DNA of 64,000 nt from NCBI GenBank assembly GCA_963704885.1, contig CAVPIB010000001.1:928001-992000 (forward strand). Direction: 5' to 3'. The translations under genes were made by a program, and so were the position numbers. This document shows, piece by piece, positions 17,826 to 26,949 of the stretch. The notes under the pieces were generated by a model. The model was given only the letters and a program-made list of their open reading frames with translations. It made no database searches and was not told the DNA's origin. This DNA is from an uncultured Actinomycetes bacterium (lineage in GTDB: Bacteria > Actinomycetota > UBA4738 > HRBIN12). The first letter of the stretch is position 1; each line of letters starts with the position of its first letter.

Positions 17826-18703
17826 GCTGCCTCCACCGAGAAGTTCGTCCTGAGCTCGCCGTCGGCCGTCGCTATCGCGCCGGTGATCGTCGCGAGCGCC
17901 GAAGGCCCGGTCAGCAGTGCCCATTTGGCCCAGACCTCGGCCTCAGCGCAGGTGGGCGCCCATACCGTGGCCTGCAGCACGTGAGCATCCGAGGGGAGCC
18001 CCGTTCGAGGATCGATCAGGTGATGTAGATCCGGGCCCCATGCCCTCTTCGTGATCGACGACGACGCGAGAGCCCCTGCCCGCAGGAGGACGCGAGCGAC
18101 CTCGACCTCGCGGTTGACCGGATCCTCGATGACCACTTCGCCCCCCGGCGCGTCACCGGCCATCCGGAGGTCGCCTCCTGCGCTGATGAACGTCCAGGGG
18201 AGCCCAGTCCGCAGCGCGGCGTCCACCGCCAGATCCACCGTCCATCCCTTCGCCACACCTCCGAGGTCCAGGCCGACACCGGCCGGCAGCCGCAGCGCTC
18301 CGGGGCGGACCTCGATCTCGGCCCATCGACCGCACGGACGCGGAGGTCGCAGCGCTCCGCGGGCACCGGCCAGCACCTCGTCGAGGTCCCGGTCGTATCC
18401 TGCGGCGACCACCGCGTCCAACGCCGCGGGATCGAACAACCCCCCGGTTCGCTCCGCTTGTTCGAGAGCGAACCGCACCAGACCCTCGAACCCGTGGGAG
18501 ACCGCGGTCCATCGGCCCGCCGCCGCGTTCACCGATGAGATCTCGCTGTCGCCGCGGAACCGCGAGAAACGTCGCTCCTGCGAGTGGAAGACCGAGCGGA
18601 TCTGCGACAGGGCATCCACCCGCTGGCGGAGGTCGGACGTCGAGGGCGTGATGACGAGCACCTCCGTGCCCATGGCCCGGAACCGATGGTGTAGGCCTTC
18701 CAT
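17822..18703 (-). CDS. apbE: FAD:protein FMN transferase (ApbE family), no evident signal peptide
   Basis: FRAMGT, FSRFRGDSEIS, GLFDP, LDLGGVAKGWTVD, SAGGD, ALASS, HHLIDPRTGLP. Confidence 0.93.
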   Translation of the reverse strand: MEGLHHRFRAMGTEVLVITPSTSDLRQRVDALSQIRSVFHSQERRFSRFRGDSEISSVNAAAGRWTAVSHGFEGLVRFALEQAERTGGLFDPAALDAVVAAGYDRDLDEVLAGARGALRPPRPCGRWAEIEVRPGALRLPAGVGLDLGGVAKGWTVDLAVDAALRTGLPWTFISAGGDLRMAGDAPGGEVVIEDPVNREVEVARVLLRAGALASSSITKRAWGPDLHHLIDPRTGLPSDAHVLQATVWAPTCAEAEVWAKWALLTGPSALATITGAIATADGELRTNFSVEAA

Positions 18704-19023
18704 CACGAGCCGCCGGTGGTGGGCGGAGGCGGGGGAGCGGGCGCCGGGCCGCCCGTTGGGGGAGCCGAGGCCGCACCTCCGGTCGATATCACCTGCACGG
18801 GAGCCGGCCCGGCCGGATCCACGATCACGACCTTCTTGATGATGCGCCGGACGATGATCTTCTGGCGGACCGGCCGGTCCGCGGTGCCTCGGGTGGCCGC
18901 CGCCGGCGTGGGAGCGGCGCCGATGGCACCGATCGCCGATATGAACGCCGCACCGGCCGTCGTCCAAGCCGCGGTTCGAACGAGACGCTTCGACCACCGG
19001 CGCTTGGGTGAACGATCAGTCAT
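18703..19023 (-). CDS. Small exported Pro/Ala-rich protein ending in TTGGS (candidate ApbE substrate)
   Basis: MTDRSPKRRWSKRLVR + hydrophobic helix, poly-Pro linker, terminal PPPPPTTGGS; overlaps both neighbours. Confidence 0.65.
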   Translation of the reverse strand: MTDRSPKRRWSKRLVRTAAWTTAGAAFISAIGAIGAAPTPAAATRGTADRPVRQKIIVRRIIKKVVIVDPAGPAPVQVISTGGAASAPPTGGPAPAPPPPPTTGGS

Positions 19024-19411
19024 CTTCGCTCTCGTGCTGCTCCTCGTCGTGGTCGTCCTGCTCCTCGTGATCGTCACCCTCCTGCCCCTCGTTCTCGTGA
19101 TCTTCGCCCTCGTCGTCGTCGTACATGCCGTCGTCAGAGCCGCTCTGCTCCGCGGCGGAAGGAACACCGGACGACGACGATGTGCTTGGTGCCTGCGAGT
19201 ACACGATCCGCGGGGCGAGGGCGGGGGCCTGCCGGTGCACGACCACCCTCTTGGTGTGGGTGCGGACGATGGGCTCGGGCCGCGAGGCCCGCTCGCCCGC
19301 GTTCGCCACACTCACGCCGGGTCCGGTGAGACCACGCGAGTACGCGAACCCTCCTAGGGCGAGCACCGCCACCAGTCCCGCCGCAACGACCGCTGCCGAG
19401 CGCTTGTTCAT
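19016..19411 (-). CDS. Small exported protein with Asp/Glu/His-rich tail
   Basis: Signal-like N-terminus; tail YDDDEGEDHENEGQEGDDHEEQDDHDEEQHESEDD; SD AGGAGG. Confidence 0.7.
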   Translation of the reverse strand: MNKRSAAVVAAGLVAVLALGGFAYSRGLTGPGVSVANAGERASRPEPIVRTHTKRVVVHRQAPALAPRIVYSQAPSTSSSSGVPSAAEQSGSDDGMYDDDEGEDHENEGQEGDDHEEQDDHDEEQHESEDD

Positions 19412-19563
19412 GGCCTTCCTCCTCCTGGTTGGTTCATGGGGACACCGTAGGAGGGTCTCGGCCAGCGGTCGGGCAAAGCTCGCTTAAGGTACGGATAAGC
19501 CTGATCGGAGCGGCCCGCCGGCTCTATGCTTGGCCCCGCCATCCCGGCGAGGAGTTCAACACG

Positions 19564-19977
19564 ATGTTCCAACGGATCCTGGTTGCGGTCGACGGTTCCC
19601 CGCACAGCAGCAAGACCATCCCTGTTGCCGCCGATCTGGCGGCACGCTACGGCGCCACCGTGACGGTGGTGCACGTCCGTGAGCACGAGCGCTACGAGGG
19701 GCAGGACGTCGACCTGGGCCCCCCGCAGGACGCGGAGTCCCTGGTCGAGGCCACCCTGCAGCGCTTCCGTGACGCGGGCGTCTCGGTGGCCGGTGAGATC
19801 CGCCGCGTCACTCCGGGCAACACGCCCAAGGAGATCGTCGAGGTGGCGAACGATACCGGCGCCGAGCTCATCGTGATGGGGACACGGGGGATGACCGAGT
19901 GGAAGAGCCTGGTGCTGGGGGGCGTCGCGAACAAGGTCGTGCAGCACGCCGGCTGCCCCGTCCTGCTGGTCCGCTGA
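19564..19977 (+). CDS. Universal stress protein (UspA family)
   Basis: MFQRILVAVDGS, LIVMGTRG...LVLGGVANKVVQHAGCPVLLVR. Confidence 0.95.
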   Translation: MFQRILVAVDGSPHSSKTIPVAADLAARYGATVTVVHVREHERYEGQDVDLGPPQDAESLVEATLQRFRDAGVSVAGEIRRVTPGNTPKEIVEVANDTGAELIVMGTRGMTEWKSLVLGGVANKVVQHAGCPVLLVR

Positions 19978-19996
19978 GTTCCGCGCTATCCGAACG

Positions 19997-20842
19997 TCAT
20001 GAGCCGGCGGATCGCTCTGGCGCGACCTGCGCCGCCAGGCGGCGATCGGCGGTCGAGAGGATCTGCTCCAGGTCGCTCGGGTGCTCGGGGTCGTACAAGG
20101 CGCTCCCCACCGATAGCGAGAGAGAGCGCGGGTGATCCGATCGCGCGTCGTGCACGGCGATCGCCTCCACCAGGCGGGAGAGAACCGTAGCCTCGGCGCC
20201 GCGCGCCTCTCCGGTGAGCAGCACGCAGAACGTTCCGGGCGTGATCCGCGCCGGCACGTCCGCGTCGCGAACGGCCTCCAGGAGCACGGAGGCGGCGTCG
20301 CGCGCGACGTCCGCGGCATCCCCGGTCGGTGCCGCCTGGTCGAGACCTTCCAGCCGCACGAACAGGAACACGACCGGGGTCTTCGCTCGCTCGGCCATCC
20401 GGAGGTGATGCTCGGCGATCGGCGCGAAGCCGCGGAGGTTGGGCAGGCCGGTTTCGTCGTCCTGCGTCGCCAGCTCCCGCCGGAGTCGACGGAGTCCCAC
20501 GGCGTACCGGATGGCACGGGGCAGCAGGCCGTGAGGGATGGCGCCTCGCACCAGGTGGTCGTCGGCGCCGGCGTGCAACGCCACGGTCCCGTCGGTGGCG
20601 TTCGCCAGGTCCGTGATCACGATCACCGCCGCGTCGGGTGCGTGGGCGCGGAGACCTCCAAGCGTCTCGAGCGGGGAGTCGCCGGTGAGCGACAGGACCA
20701 CGGCGTCGACGTCGGCCGAGAGGATCTCGTCGCCGAGCCGCTCCGCGCGATCCACGGTGAACCCCTCCTCCTGAGCGAGCTCAAGGCGTAGGTCCTCGTC
20801 GCCGTCGCCCACCAGCAGGATCCAGATCGGGTCGTTGGCCAT
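19997..20842 (-). CDS. Degenerate REC-GGDEF protein (likely catalytically inactive)
   Basis: REC-like N-terminus (AGADDHLVR), DDETGLPNLRGF, ARITPGTFCVLL in place of ARxGGDEF, SLSVG, ADRRL. Confidence 0.8.
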   Translation of the reverse strand: MANDPIWILLVGDGDEDLRLELAQEEGFTVDRAERLGDEILSADVDAVVLSLTGDSPLETLGGLRAHAPDAAVIVITDLANATDGTVALHAGADDHLVRGAIPHGLLPRAIRYAVGLRRLRRELATQDDETGLPNLRGFAPIAEHHLRMAERAKTPVVFLFVRLEGLDQAAPTGDAADVARDAASVLLEAVRDADVPARITPGTFCVLLTGEARGAEATVLSRLVEAIAVHDARSDHPRSLSLSVGSALYDPEHPSDLEQILSTADRRLAAQVAPERSAGS

Positions 20843-20969
20843 CCATTCCTCCGGTGCGGTCCGTCCGGTCAGCGGCTCATCCTATCGGCCGAGGTGACCG
20901 ACCCCCGTCACAGGAACGCCATGCGCGAGGGCGGGCGAGGGCCGATACCTCGCCGGTACGCTGGACCGG

Positions 20970-22385
20970 ATGGCATCCGATCCCCAACCCACCGAAGCCG
21001 TGAGGCCGCACCGTCGTGCTGTCCGGACGCTGATCGGAGTGTCGGCGAGCATCGCGCTCGTGGTGTCGGCTGCTTCGGCATCCTCATTCGTGGCCTACGT
21101 ACTGGCTGACCGCGAGATCGGGATCATCCCCCAACCGAGGGGCGGCGGACAGCAGCACGACTTCGGGCCCTGCGCGAACGACGTGTGCAACTACCTGATC
21201 CTTGGCAGCGACTCGCGCTCGGGGCTCTCGGAGCAGGAGCAGGATCAGTTCGGCACCGATCAGGACATCGGCGGTTCGACCCGATCCGACGTGATCATGC
21301 TGGTCCACACCGATCCCGCCCTGGAGAAGGCGATCATCCTGTCCTTCCCCCGCGATCTGTGGGTGAACATCCCGGGTCGAGGCGAGGACAAGATCAACGC
21401 GGCCTTCGAGGGCGGCCTCGAGCACGGCGGGGCGCAACTAGTCGCGAAGACCGTGCAGCAGCTGACCGACCTCAAGATCCACCACGTCCTCTACGTGGAC
21501 CTTGCTGGCTTCCAGGGGATCGTCCGCACCCTAGGCGGCGTCACGATGTGCATACCGGCCGATCTGGCCGATCCATCGACCGGCAGGGTCCAAGATCCGC
21601 TCACCGGATTGGACGTCGCCCCTGGTTGTCAGGAGCTGGATGCCAAGCAGTCACTCGCCTACGTCCGCACGCGCCATCTGCGGTGCGACCTGATCCCCGA
21701 CTTCTCTCGGATCGGCCGACAGCAGCAGTTCCTGCGCGCCGTCTTGAACCGCCTCCTCTCGCCGAGTGAGATAGCGAAGGCGCCATCGCTGATCCGACCC
21801 ATCGCCCACAACCTGGTCGCCGACGAGTCTCTGGATCTGGCCGACATCATCTACCTGGTGAAGCAACTGGAGGGCATCTCAACCGGTGCGGTCGAATTCC
21901 GCGCAGTGCCCGGCACCCCAGGGTTCGAGGGGAGCCTCTCGGTGGTCAAGATGGACCCGGTTGCCGGGGAGATCTTCGCCCGGATCGGCCAGGGCGAGCC
22001 CCTCGGCACCCTGGGGACTCAGTTGACGTCCACACCGACGTCAGAGGCCAACATCGCCGTGCCGGTGGTGGACAACGGATCGGGAGGGACGGCGCTCGAG
22101 GTCGAGCAGGTGCTGGCCGATGCGGGGTTCGACATCACGCCCGGGGTGGTCGACTATGGCGCCTACGGCGCCGCGATCGAGGGGTCCGCGATCGTGTACA
22201 AGCCGGGCCATCTTACGGAGGCGGAGGTCGTGCAGAAGTATTTCCCAAACCTTCGACTGGCAGAGGCTCCCGCCGGCGCGTTGAAGGGCAGCCCGGTCGC
22301 GGTCTTCGTGTCCGGCTCCTTCCGGCTCCAGCCAGTGGGCACAGGTGGTGGCGACACTTCGGACTGCGTCACGGCGGGGGCCTGA
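20970..22385 (+). CDS. LCP (LytR-CpsA-Psr) glycopolymer transferase with LytR_C domain
   Basis: NYLILGSDSR, RSDVIMLV, SFPRDLWV, KINAAF, YVRTRH, DFSRIGRQQQF. Confidence 0.93.
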   Translation: MASDPQPTEAVRPHRRAVRTLIGVSASIALVVSAASASSFVAYVLADREIGIIPQPRGGGQQHDFGPCANDVCNYLILGSDSRSGLSEQEQDQFGTDQDIGGSTRSDVIMLVHTDPALEKAIILSFPRDLWVNIPGRGEDKINAAFEGGLEHGGAQLVAKTVQQLTDLKIHHVLYVDLAGFQGIVRTLGGVTMCIPADLADPSTGRVQDPLTGLDVAPGCQELDAKQSLAYVRTRHLRCDLIPDFSRIGRQQQFLRAVLNRLLSPSEIAKAPSLIRPIAHNLVADESLDLADIIYLVKQLEGISTGAVEFRAVPGTPGFEGSLSVVKMDPVAGEIFARIGQGEPLGTLGTQLTSTPTSEANIAVPVVDNGSGGTALEVEQVLADAGFDITPGVVDYGAYGAAIEGSAIVYKPGHLTEAEVVQKYFPNLRLAEAPAGALKGSPVAVFVSGSFRLQPVGTGGGDTSDCVTAGA

Positions 22386-22386
22386 T

Positions 22387-23445
22387 GTGCGGGCCCTGAT
22401 CCTGGCCGGTGGCGAGGGGTCGAGGTTGCGCCCGCTGACCCACACGAACGCCAAGCAGTTGATCCCCGTTGCGGGCGAACCGATCCTGTTCCACGCTTTG
22501 GGGGCGATCCGCGATGCGGGCATAGCCGAGGTCGGGATCGTGATCGGACAGACCGGCGACGAGATCCGTGCCGCGGTCGGTGACGGCTCTGCCTGGGGTC
22601 TGGCCGTCACCTACATCACGCAACCTCAGCCTCTCGGTCTGGCGCACGCGGTCCTCGTGGCCCGCGACTTCGTCGCGGGCCAGCCCTTCCTCATGTACCT
22701 GGGCGACAACGTCCTGCTCGAGGGGCTCGCGCGCTTCGTGGACGAGTTCGAGCGCACGCGTCCCGACGCTCAGATCTTCCTGGCGCGCGTCCCCGAGCCC
22801 GAACGGTTCGGCGTGGCCGTGCTCGAAGGCGACCGCGTGGTGCGGCTGGTCGAGAAACCGACGACCCCCGTGAGCGACCTGGCGCTCGTCGGCGTCTACC
22901 TGTTCGACGATTCGATCATCGAAGCTGCCGACACGTTGGAGCCGTCGGCTCGCGGCGAGTACGAGATCACGGAGGCGATCCAGTGGTTGATCGACCAAGG
23001 GAGAACGGTAAGGGCCGAGATGGTCGAGGGGTGGTGGAAGGACACGGGTCGTCCCTCGGATCTATTGGAGGCCAACCGAGTCATGCTCTCGGTGCTGGAT
23101 CCGGGGATCGACGGCGAGATCGACGGGTCGTCCACCCTCACCGGCGCCGTCCGGCTGGCCCGCGGAGCGAAGGTGGTCCGATCCCAGATCCTGGGCCCGG
23201 TGGCGATCGGAGCCGACACCGTGATCGAGGACTCGATCATCGGTCCGAACGTGTCGATCGAGCGGGATGGCCATGTCGAGCGGAGCACCGTGGAGGACTC
23301 CATCGTCATGGCGGGATGCCAGATACTCGACGTGCACTCGTTGTCCGGCTCGATCCTGGGACGCAACGTCGAGGTGCGTCATTCGGGCAGCGGCGGCGTG
23401 TATCGGTTGGTGGTGGGCGACCAGAGCCGTGTCGAGGTCGACTGA
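22387..23445 (+). CDS. rfbA: Glucose-1-phosphate thymidylyltransferase (long form)
   Basis: LAGGEGSRLRPLTHTNAKQLIPV, YLGDN, EKP, SARGEYEIT, WWKDTG; C-terminal hexapeptide repeats. Confidence 0.93.
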   Translation: MRALILAGGEGSRLRPLTHTNAKQLIPVAGEPILFHALGAIRDAGIAEVGIVIGQTGDEIRAAVGDGSAWGLAVTYITQPQPLGLAHAVLVARDFVAGQPFLMYLGDNVLLEGLARFVDEFERTRPDAQIFLARVPEPERFGVAVLEGDRVVRLVEKPTTPVSDLALVGVYLFDDSIIEAADTLEPSARGEYEITEAIQWLIDQGRTVRAEMVEGWWKDTGRPSDLLEANRVMLSVLDPGIDGEIDGSSTLTGAVRLARGAKVVRSQILGPVAIGADTVIEDSIIGPNVSIERDGHVERSTVEDSIVMAGCQILDVHSLSGSILGRNVEVRHSGSGGVYRLVVGDQSRVEVD

Positions 23446-23466
23446 GTCTCGACTAGCCTTTCCGGC

Positions 23467-24627
23467 GTGCGAGTCGCGATCGATGCCCGCCCGGCGCTAG
23501 ACCCTCGGCGGACCGGCGTGGGGCAGTATGCGCATCGGCTGATCCGTCACCTCCCGCACGCCGATCCCCAGAACGAGTACGTCGCCTGGTACCTCCACGC
23601 GCGCGGGCTGTTCCGCCCACGCTCGTTCTTCGCCGACGCCAAGGCGCCGAACCTGGTCGAGAAGGCGTCGCGGTTCCCCGCGCGGATCTTCCAGCCCATG
23701 TCGTGGCGCCTCGGGGTGCCCAGGGTCGAGTGGTTGGTGGACTTCGACCTGTTCGTGGCCACGAACTTCCTGGCCCCCGCCACGGGACATCCCGGACGGG
23801 TCGTGCCGATGGTGCACGACCTGGCGTTCCGCCACTTTCCGGAGACCGCTCCGCACATCGACGCGCGATGGCGCCGCCGCTTCGCGGCGGCGCTGCAGGA
23901 AGCGCCCGCGATCATGGTCCCCTCGGAGTCGGTGGCACGCGATCTCCGGGAGGCCTACGGCATCGGCGAGGAACGGATCCATGTCATCCACCACGGCGTC
24001 GACGCCGACGTGTTCGCTCCGGCGCCGCAGGGCGCGATCGCCGCGGTCCGCGAACGGTTCGGTATCGACGGTCCCTACGTCTTGTTCCTGGGCGGCATCG
24101 AGCCTCGCAAGAACCTCGAGACGCTCGTCCGAGCGTTCGCTCGTGCCGACGCGCGCGACGTCTTCTTGGTTGTCGCCGGTGGACCCGTCCGCTGGTTCCC
24201 TCAAGCGCTCGAGCGGCTGAACGCGTCGATCGCCCTCCTGCCCGAAGCGGTCCGTGACCGGATCGTGATGACGGGATACGTGAGCGAACGCGACAAGCTT
24301 GCCTTGCTCTCAGGTGCTACGGCGCTCGCGTATCCGTCGCTGTACGAGGGGTTCGGGTTCCCGGTGCTGGAGGCATTCGCGGCGGGCGTTCCGGTCCTGA
24401 CGTCGAACGTGTCCTCGTTGCCCGAGGTCGCCGGCGACGCCGCGGTCCTGGTCGACCCCGGGGACGTCGACGCCGTAGCTGCCGCCCTCACCGAGCTGGT
24501 CGCCGATGAGGATCTGCGGGCCGTGCTGTCCGCAGCCGGCGTGTCAAGGGCCGCACGCTTCACGTGGGAGGCGACGGCGCGGGCCACGGCGTCCGTCATC
24601 CACCAGGCAGCGATGAGCGACGAGTAG
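23467..24627 (+). CDS. GT4 glycosyltransferase
   Basis: TGVGQY, GGIEPRKN, YPSLYEGFGFPVLEAFAAGVPV. Confidence 0.93.
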   Translation: MRVAIDARPALDPRRTGVGQYAHRLIRHLPHADPQNEYVAWYLHARGLFRPRSFFADAKAPNLVEKASRFPARIFQPMSWRLGVPRVEWLVDFDLFVATNFLAPATGHPGRVVPMVHDLAFRHFPETAPHIDARWRRRFAAALQEAPAIMVPSESVARDLREAYGIGEERIHVIHHGVDADVFAPAPQGAIAAVRERFGIDGPYVLFLGGIEPRKNLETLVRAFARADARDVFLVVAGGPVRWFPQALERLNASIALLPEAVRDRIVMTGYVSERDKLALLSGATALAYPSLYEGFGFPVLEAFAAGVPVLTSNVSSLPEVAGDAAVLVDPGDVDAVAAALTELVADEDLRAVLSAAGVSRAARFTWEATARATASVIHQAAMSDE

Positions 24628-24662
24628 ACTCGCGACATCCGCTCGCCTCGCCGGGAGCTCCC

Positions 24663-25667
24663 ATGACCGTCCAGAACCATATCCTCGTAACCGGTGGCGC
24701 CGGGTTCATCGGGTCCCACCTGGTGGATGCGCTGCTCGAACGCGATACCCGCGTCACGGTTCTCGATCGGCTCTCGACAGGCGGGAGCCGCGCGAACCTG
24801 GAGCACCACGGTGAGGACCCTCGACTGCGACTGATGATCGGCGACGTGGCCGACGCTCCCTTGGTGGCTGGGCTCATGGTCGACGTGGACGCCGTGATCC
24901 ACGCCGCCGCGGAGTCCCACGTGGATCGAAGCATCGAGGATCCGGCCGCGTTCCTGCGGACCAACGTCCTGGGCACGCAGTCGGTCCTCGACGCCTGCCG
25001 GGCCAGCGGCACCAGGATGCTCATGGTCTCGACCGATGAGGTCTACGGCCCCGGCGAGCCCGGGGACAGCGTGTTCGACGAGGAGCATCCACTTAGGCCT
25101 GCGAGCCCTTACGCGGCCAGCAAGGCCGCCGCCGACCTGCTGTGTAGCTCCTACGTAACCACCTACGGCGTTCCGGTCACCATCGTTCGCGGCACGAACG
25201 CGTTCGGTCCTCGCCAGATCGAACGCGTGGTCCCTACGTTCGCGATCTGCGCGCTCGAGGGACGTGCGGTCCCGGTCTACGCCGAGGGACGTCAGCGCCG
25301 CGAGTTCCTGTATGTGTCCGACTGGGTCCAGGCGGCGCTCACGGTCCTCGACGCGGGTGCCCCCGGCGCCGTGTACAACATCGGCGACGGGCACGAGTTG
25401 GAGAACCTGGAGCTAGCCCGCCGGATCTGCGAGCTGGCCGGCGCGCCCGCGTCGCAGGTCGCTTTCGTGGCGGACCGGCCTGGACACGACTTCCGTTACG
25501 GCCTCAGGGCGGAGCGGCTGCGGGCGCTCGGCTGGGCTCCTCAGGTGTCGTTCGAGGAGGGTCTGTCCCGCACGGTGAGCTGGTACCGGGATCATCTGGC
25601 TTGGCTCCGCCGAGCGCACGATGTCCCGGTGATCACCGAACCACGTCCTGCCGAGGCCGGTCTGTGA
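24663..25667 (+). CDS. rfbB: dTDP-glucose 4,6-dehydratase
   Basis: LVTGGAGFIGS, HAAAESHVDRSI, STDEVYG, SPYAASK, DRPGHDFRY. Confidence 0.93.
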   Translation: MTVQNHILVTGGAGFIGSHLVDALLERDTRVTVLDRLSTGGSRANLEHHGEDPRLRLMIGDVADAPLVAGLMVDVDAVIHAAAESHVDRSIEDPAAFLRTNVLGTQSVLDACRASGTRMLMVSTDEVYGPGEPGDSVFDEEHPLRPASPYAASKAAADLLCSSYVTTYGVPVTIVRGTNAFGPRQIERVVPTFAICALEGRAVPVYAEGRQRREFLYVSDWVQAALTVLDAGAPGAVYNIGDGHELENLELARRICELAGAPASQVAFVADRPGHDFRYGLRAERLRALGWAPQVSFEEGLSRTVSWYRDHLAWLRRAHDVPVITEPRPAEAGL

Positions 25668-26503
25668 GGCTGGTCCTGACCGGGGCCGGTGGGGGCCTCG
25701 GGCGGGCGTTCCTGGCGAGCGCGCCGGCGCATCACCGTATCCACGCGTTCACGCATGACGAGCTGGACGTCGGTGATCACGACGCCGTCATGCGGACGGT
25801 TCCGGCCCTGAGTCCCGATGCCGTCCTGCACCTGGCGGCGTTCACAGACGTGGACGGGTGCGAGAAGGAACCCGCCCGCGCGTCGCGCGACAACGCGCTC
25901 GGTACCCAGCATGTGGCGCTCGCCGCGCGCGCCTGCGGCGCGATCCTGCTCTACGTATCCACCGACTACGTGTTCGACGGTTCCAAAGAGGCGCCCTATG
26001 ACGAGCTGGACGCGCCGAACCCGCTGTCGGTGTACGGGCGGACCAAGCTGGCCGGTGAGCGGTTCGTGCGTGACCTGGTCCGCGAGCACGTGATCCTGCG
26101 CAGCGGTCAACTGTTCGGAGGTGGCGACGACTACGTGACCGGCGCGCTCTCGCGCATGCGGGCCGGCGAGACGGTGGGGGGGATCACCGATCGCTTGGGA
26201 TCCCCGACGTTCGTCCCGCACCTGGCCCCGCGGATGCTGCCGTTGCTGCTCACGGGTCGCTTCGGCACGTACCACCTAGCCGGCCCCGAGGCGACAACCT
26301 CGTTTGACGTGCTCGAGAGGGCGCGCGCGATGGGTGAGCTGCCGGGCAGCGTCGAGCCCCAGCAGGCGGCATCGCTCGGGTTCGCTGCGCCGCGTCCCGC
26401 GAACGCCGCACTCGCCAGTGCCTACCTATCGCATCTTGGGATCGAGCCGCTGCCGGTGCTCGATGCGGCGATCGCCGAGCTGCTCGGCGCGGGTGCCGGT
26501 TGA
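25664..26503 (+). CDS. rfbD: dTDP-4-dehydrorhamnose reductase
   Basis: TGAGGGLG, AAFTDVDGCE, STDYVFDG, YGRTKLAGE, GSPT. Confidence 0.92.
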   Translation: MRLVLTGAGGGLGRAFLASAPAHHRIHAFTHDELDVGDHDAVMRTVPALSPDAVLHLAAFTDVDGCEKEPARASRDNALGTQHVALAARACGAILLYVSTDYVFDGSKEAPYDELDAPNPLSVYGRTKLAGERFVRDLVREHVILRSGQLFGGGDDYVTGALSRMRAGETVGGITDRLGSPTFVPHLAPRMLPLLLTGRFGTYHLAGPEATTSFDVLERARAMGELPGSVEPQQAASLGFAAPRPANAALASAYLSHLGIEPLPVLDAAIAELLGAGAG

Positions 26504-26529
26504 AGCGGGTGCCGGTTGAACGGGTGCCG
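26489..26529. repeat. 16-bp tandem repeat over the rfbD stop
   Basis: GCGGGTGCCGGTTGAA x2 plus partial CGGGTGCCG. Confidence 0.85.
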
Positions 26530-26559
26530 CCCGGCCCGGTGCTACGCTGACCTGCGCTT

Positions 26560-26949
26560 ATGGCCGCACCGACCGAGCACGATCCCGCGTTCGACGACCT
26601 CTCCCGCGAGCTCTACTGGGCCCAGGAGCGCGCGTCGCGCGCCCGCATGGATACGGCGGAGGTCCGTGACCGACTGCACGACCTATCCATGCAGCTGCGC
26701 GCCGACGAGAAGGTGATCATCCCGCAGGGCGAGGGCAACCTGGCCTCCACGTCTCGGTGGCGGCGCCAGCTCAAGTACCGGCTGTTCCGCGTGATGCGCC
26801 CGATCTCGTGGCGCTACGACAGGCTGATCGCCGATCACGCGGAGCTCTCGACCAGCCTGGCCGAACGGTTGATGGCCGCCGAGGCCGAGATCGCGCGGCT
26901 GCGCGCGGAGCTCGGGCACGAACGCGACGACGAGGGACCGCCGGCGTGA
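26560..26949 (+). CDS. Hypothetical coiled-coil protein in the glycan cluster
   Basis: 129 aa, heptad-like C-terminus LAERLMAAEAEIARLRAEL; GTGA overlap with next GT. Confidence 0.7.
   Translation: MAAPTEHDPAFDDLSRELYWAQERASRARMDTAEVRDRLHDLSMQLRADEKVIIPQGEGNLASTSRWRRQLKYRLFRVMRPISWRYDRLIADHAELSTSLAERLMAAEAEIARLRAELGHERDDEGPPA

Noticed and set aside
19475-19499. AAG/TAAG repeats of 10-11 bp period upstream of the apbE operon
   Set aside because: Too short and degenerate to call a regulator site.
26489-26529. Possible CRISPR array
   Set aside because: Repeats are directly adjacent with no spacers, and there are no cas genes.
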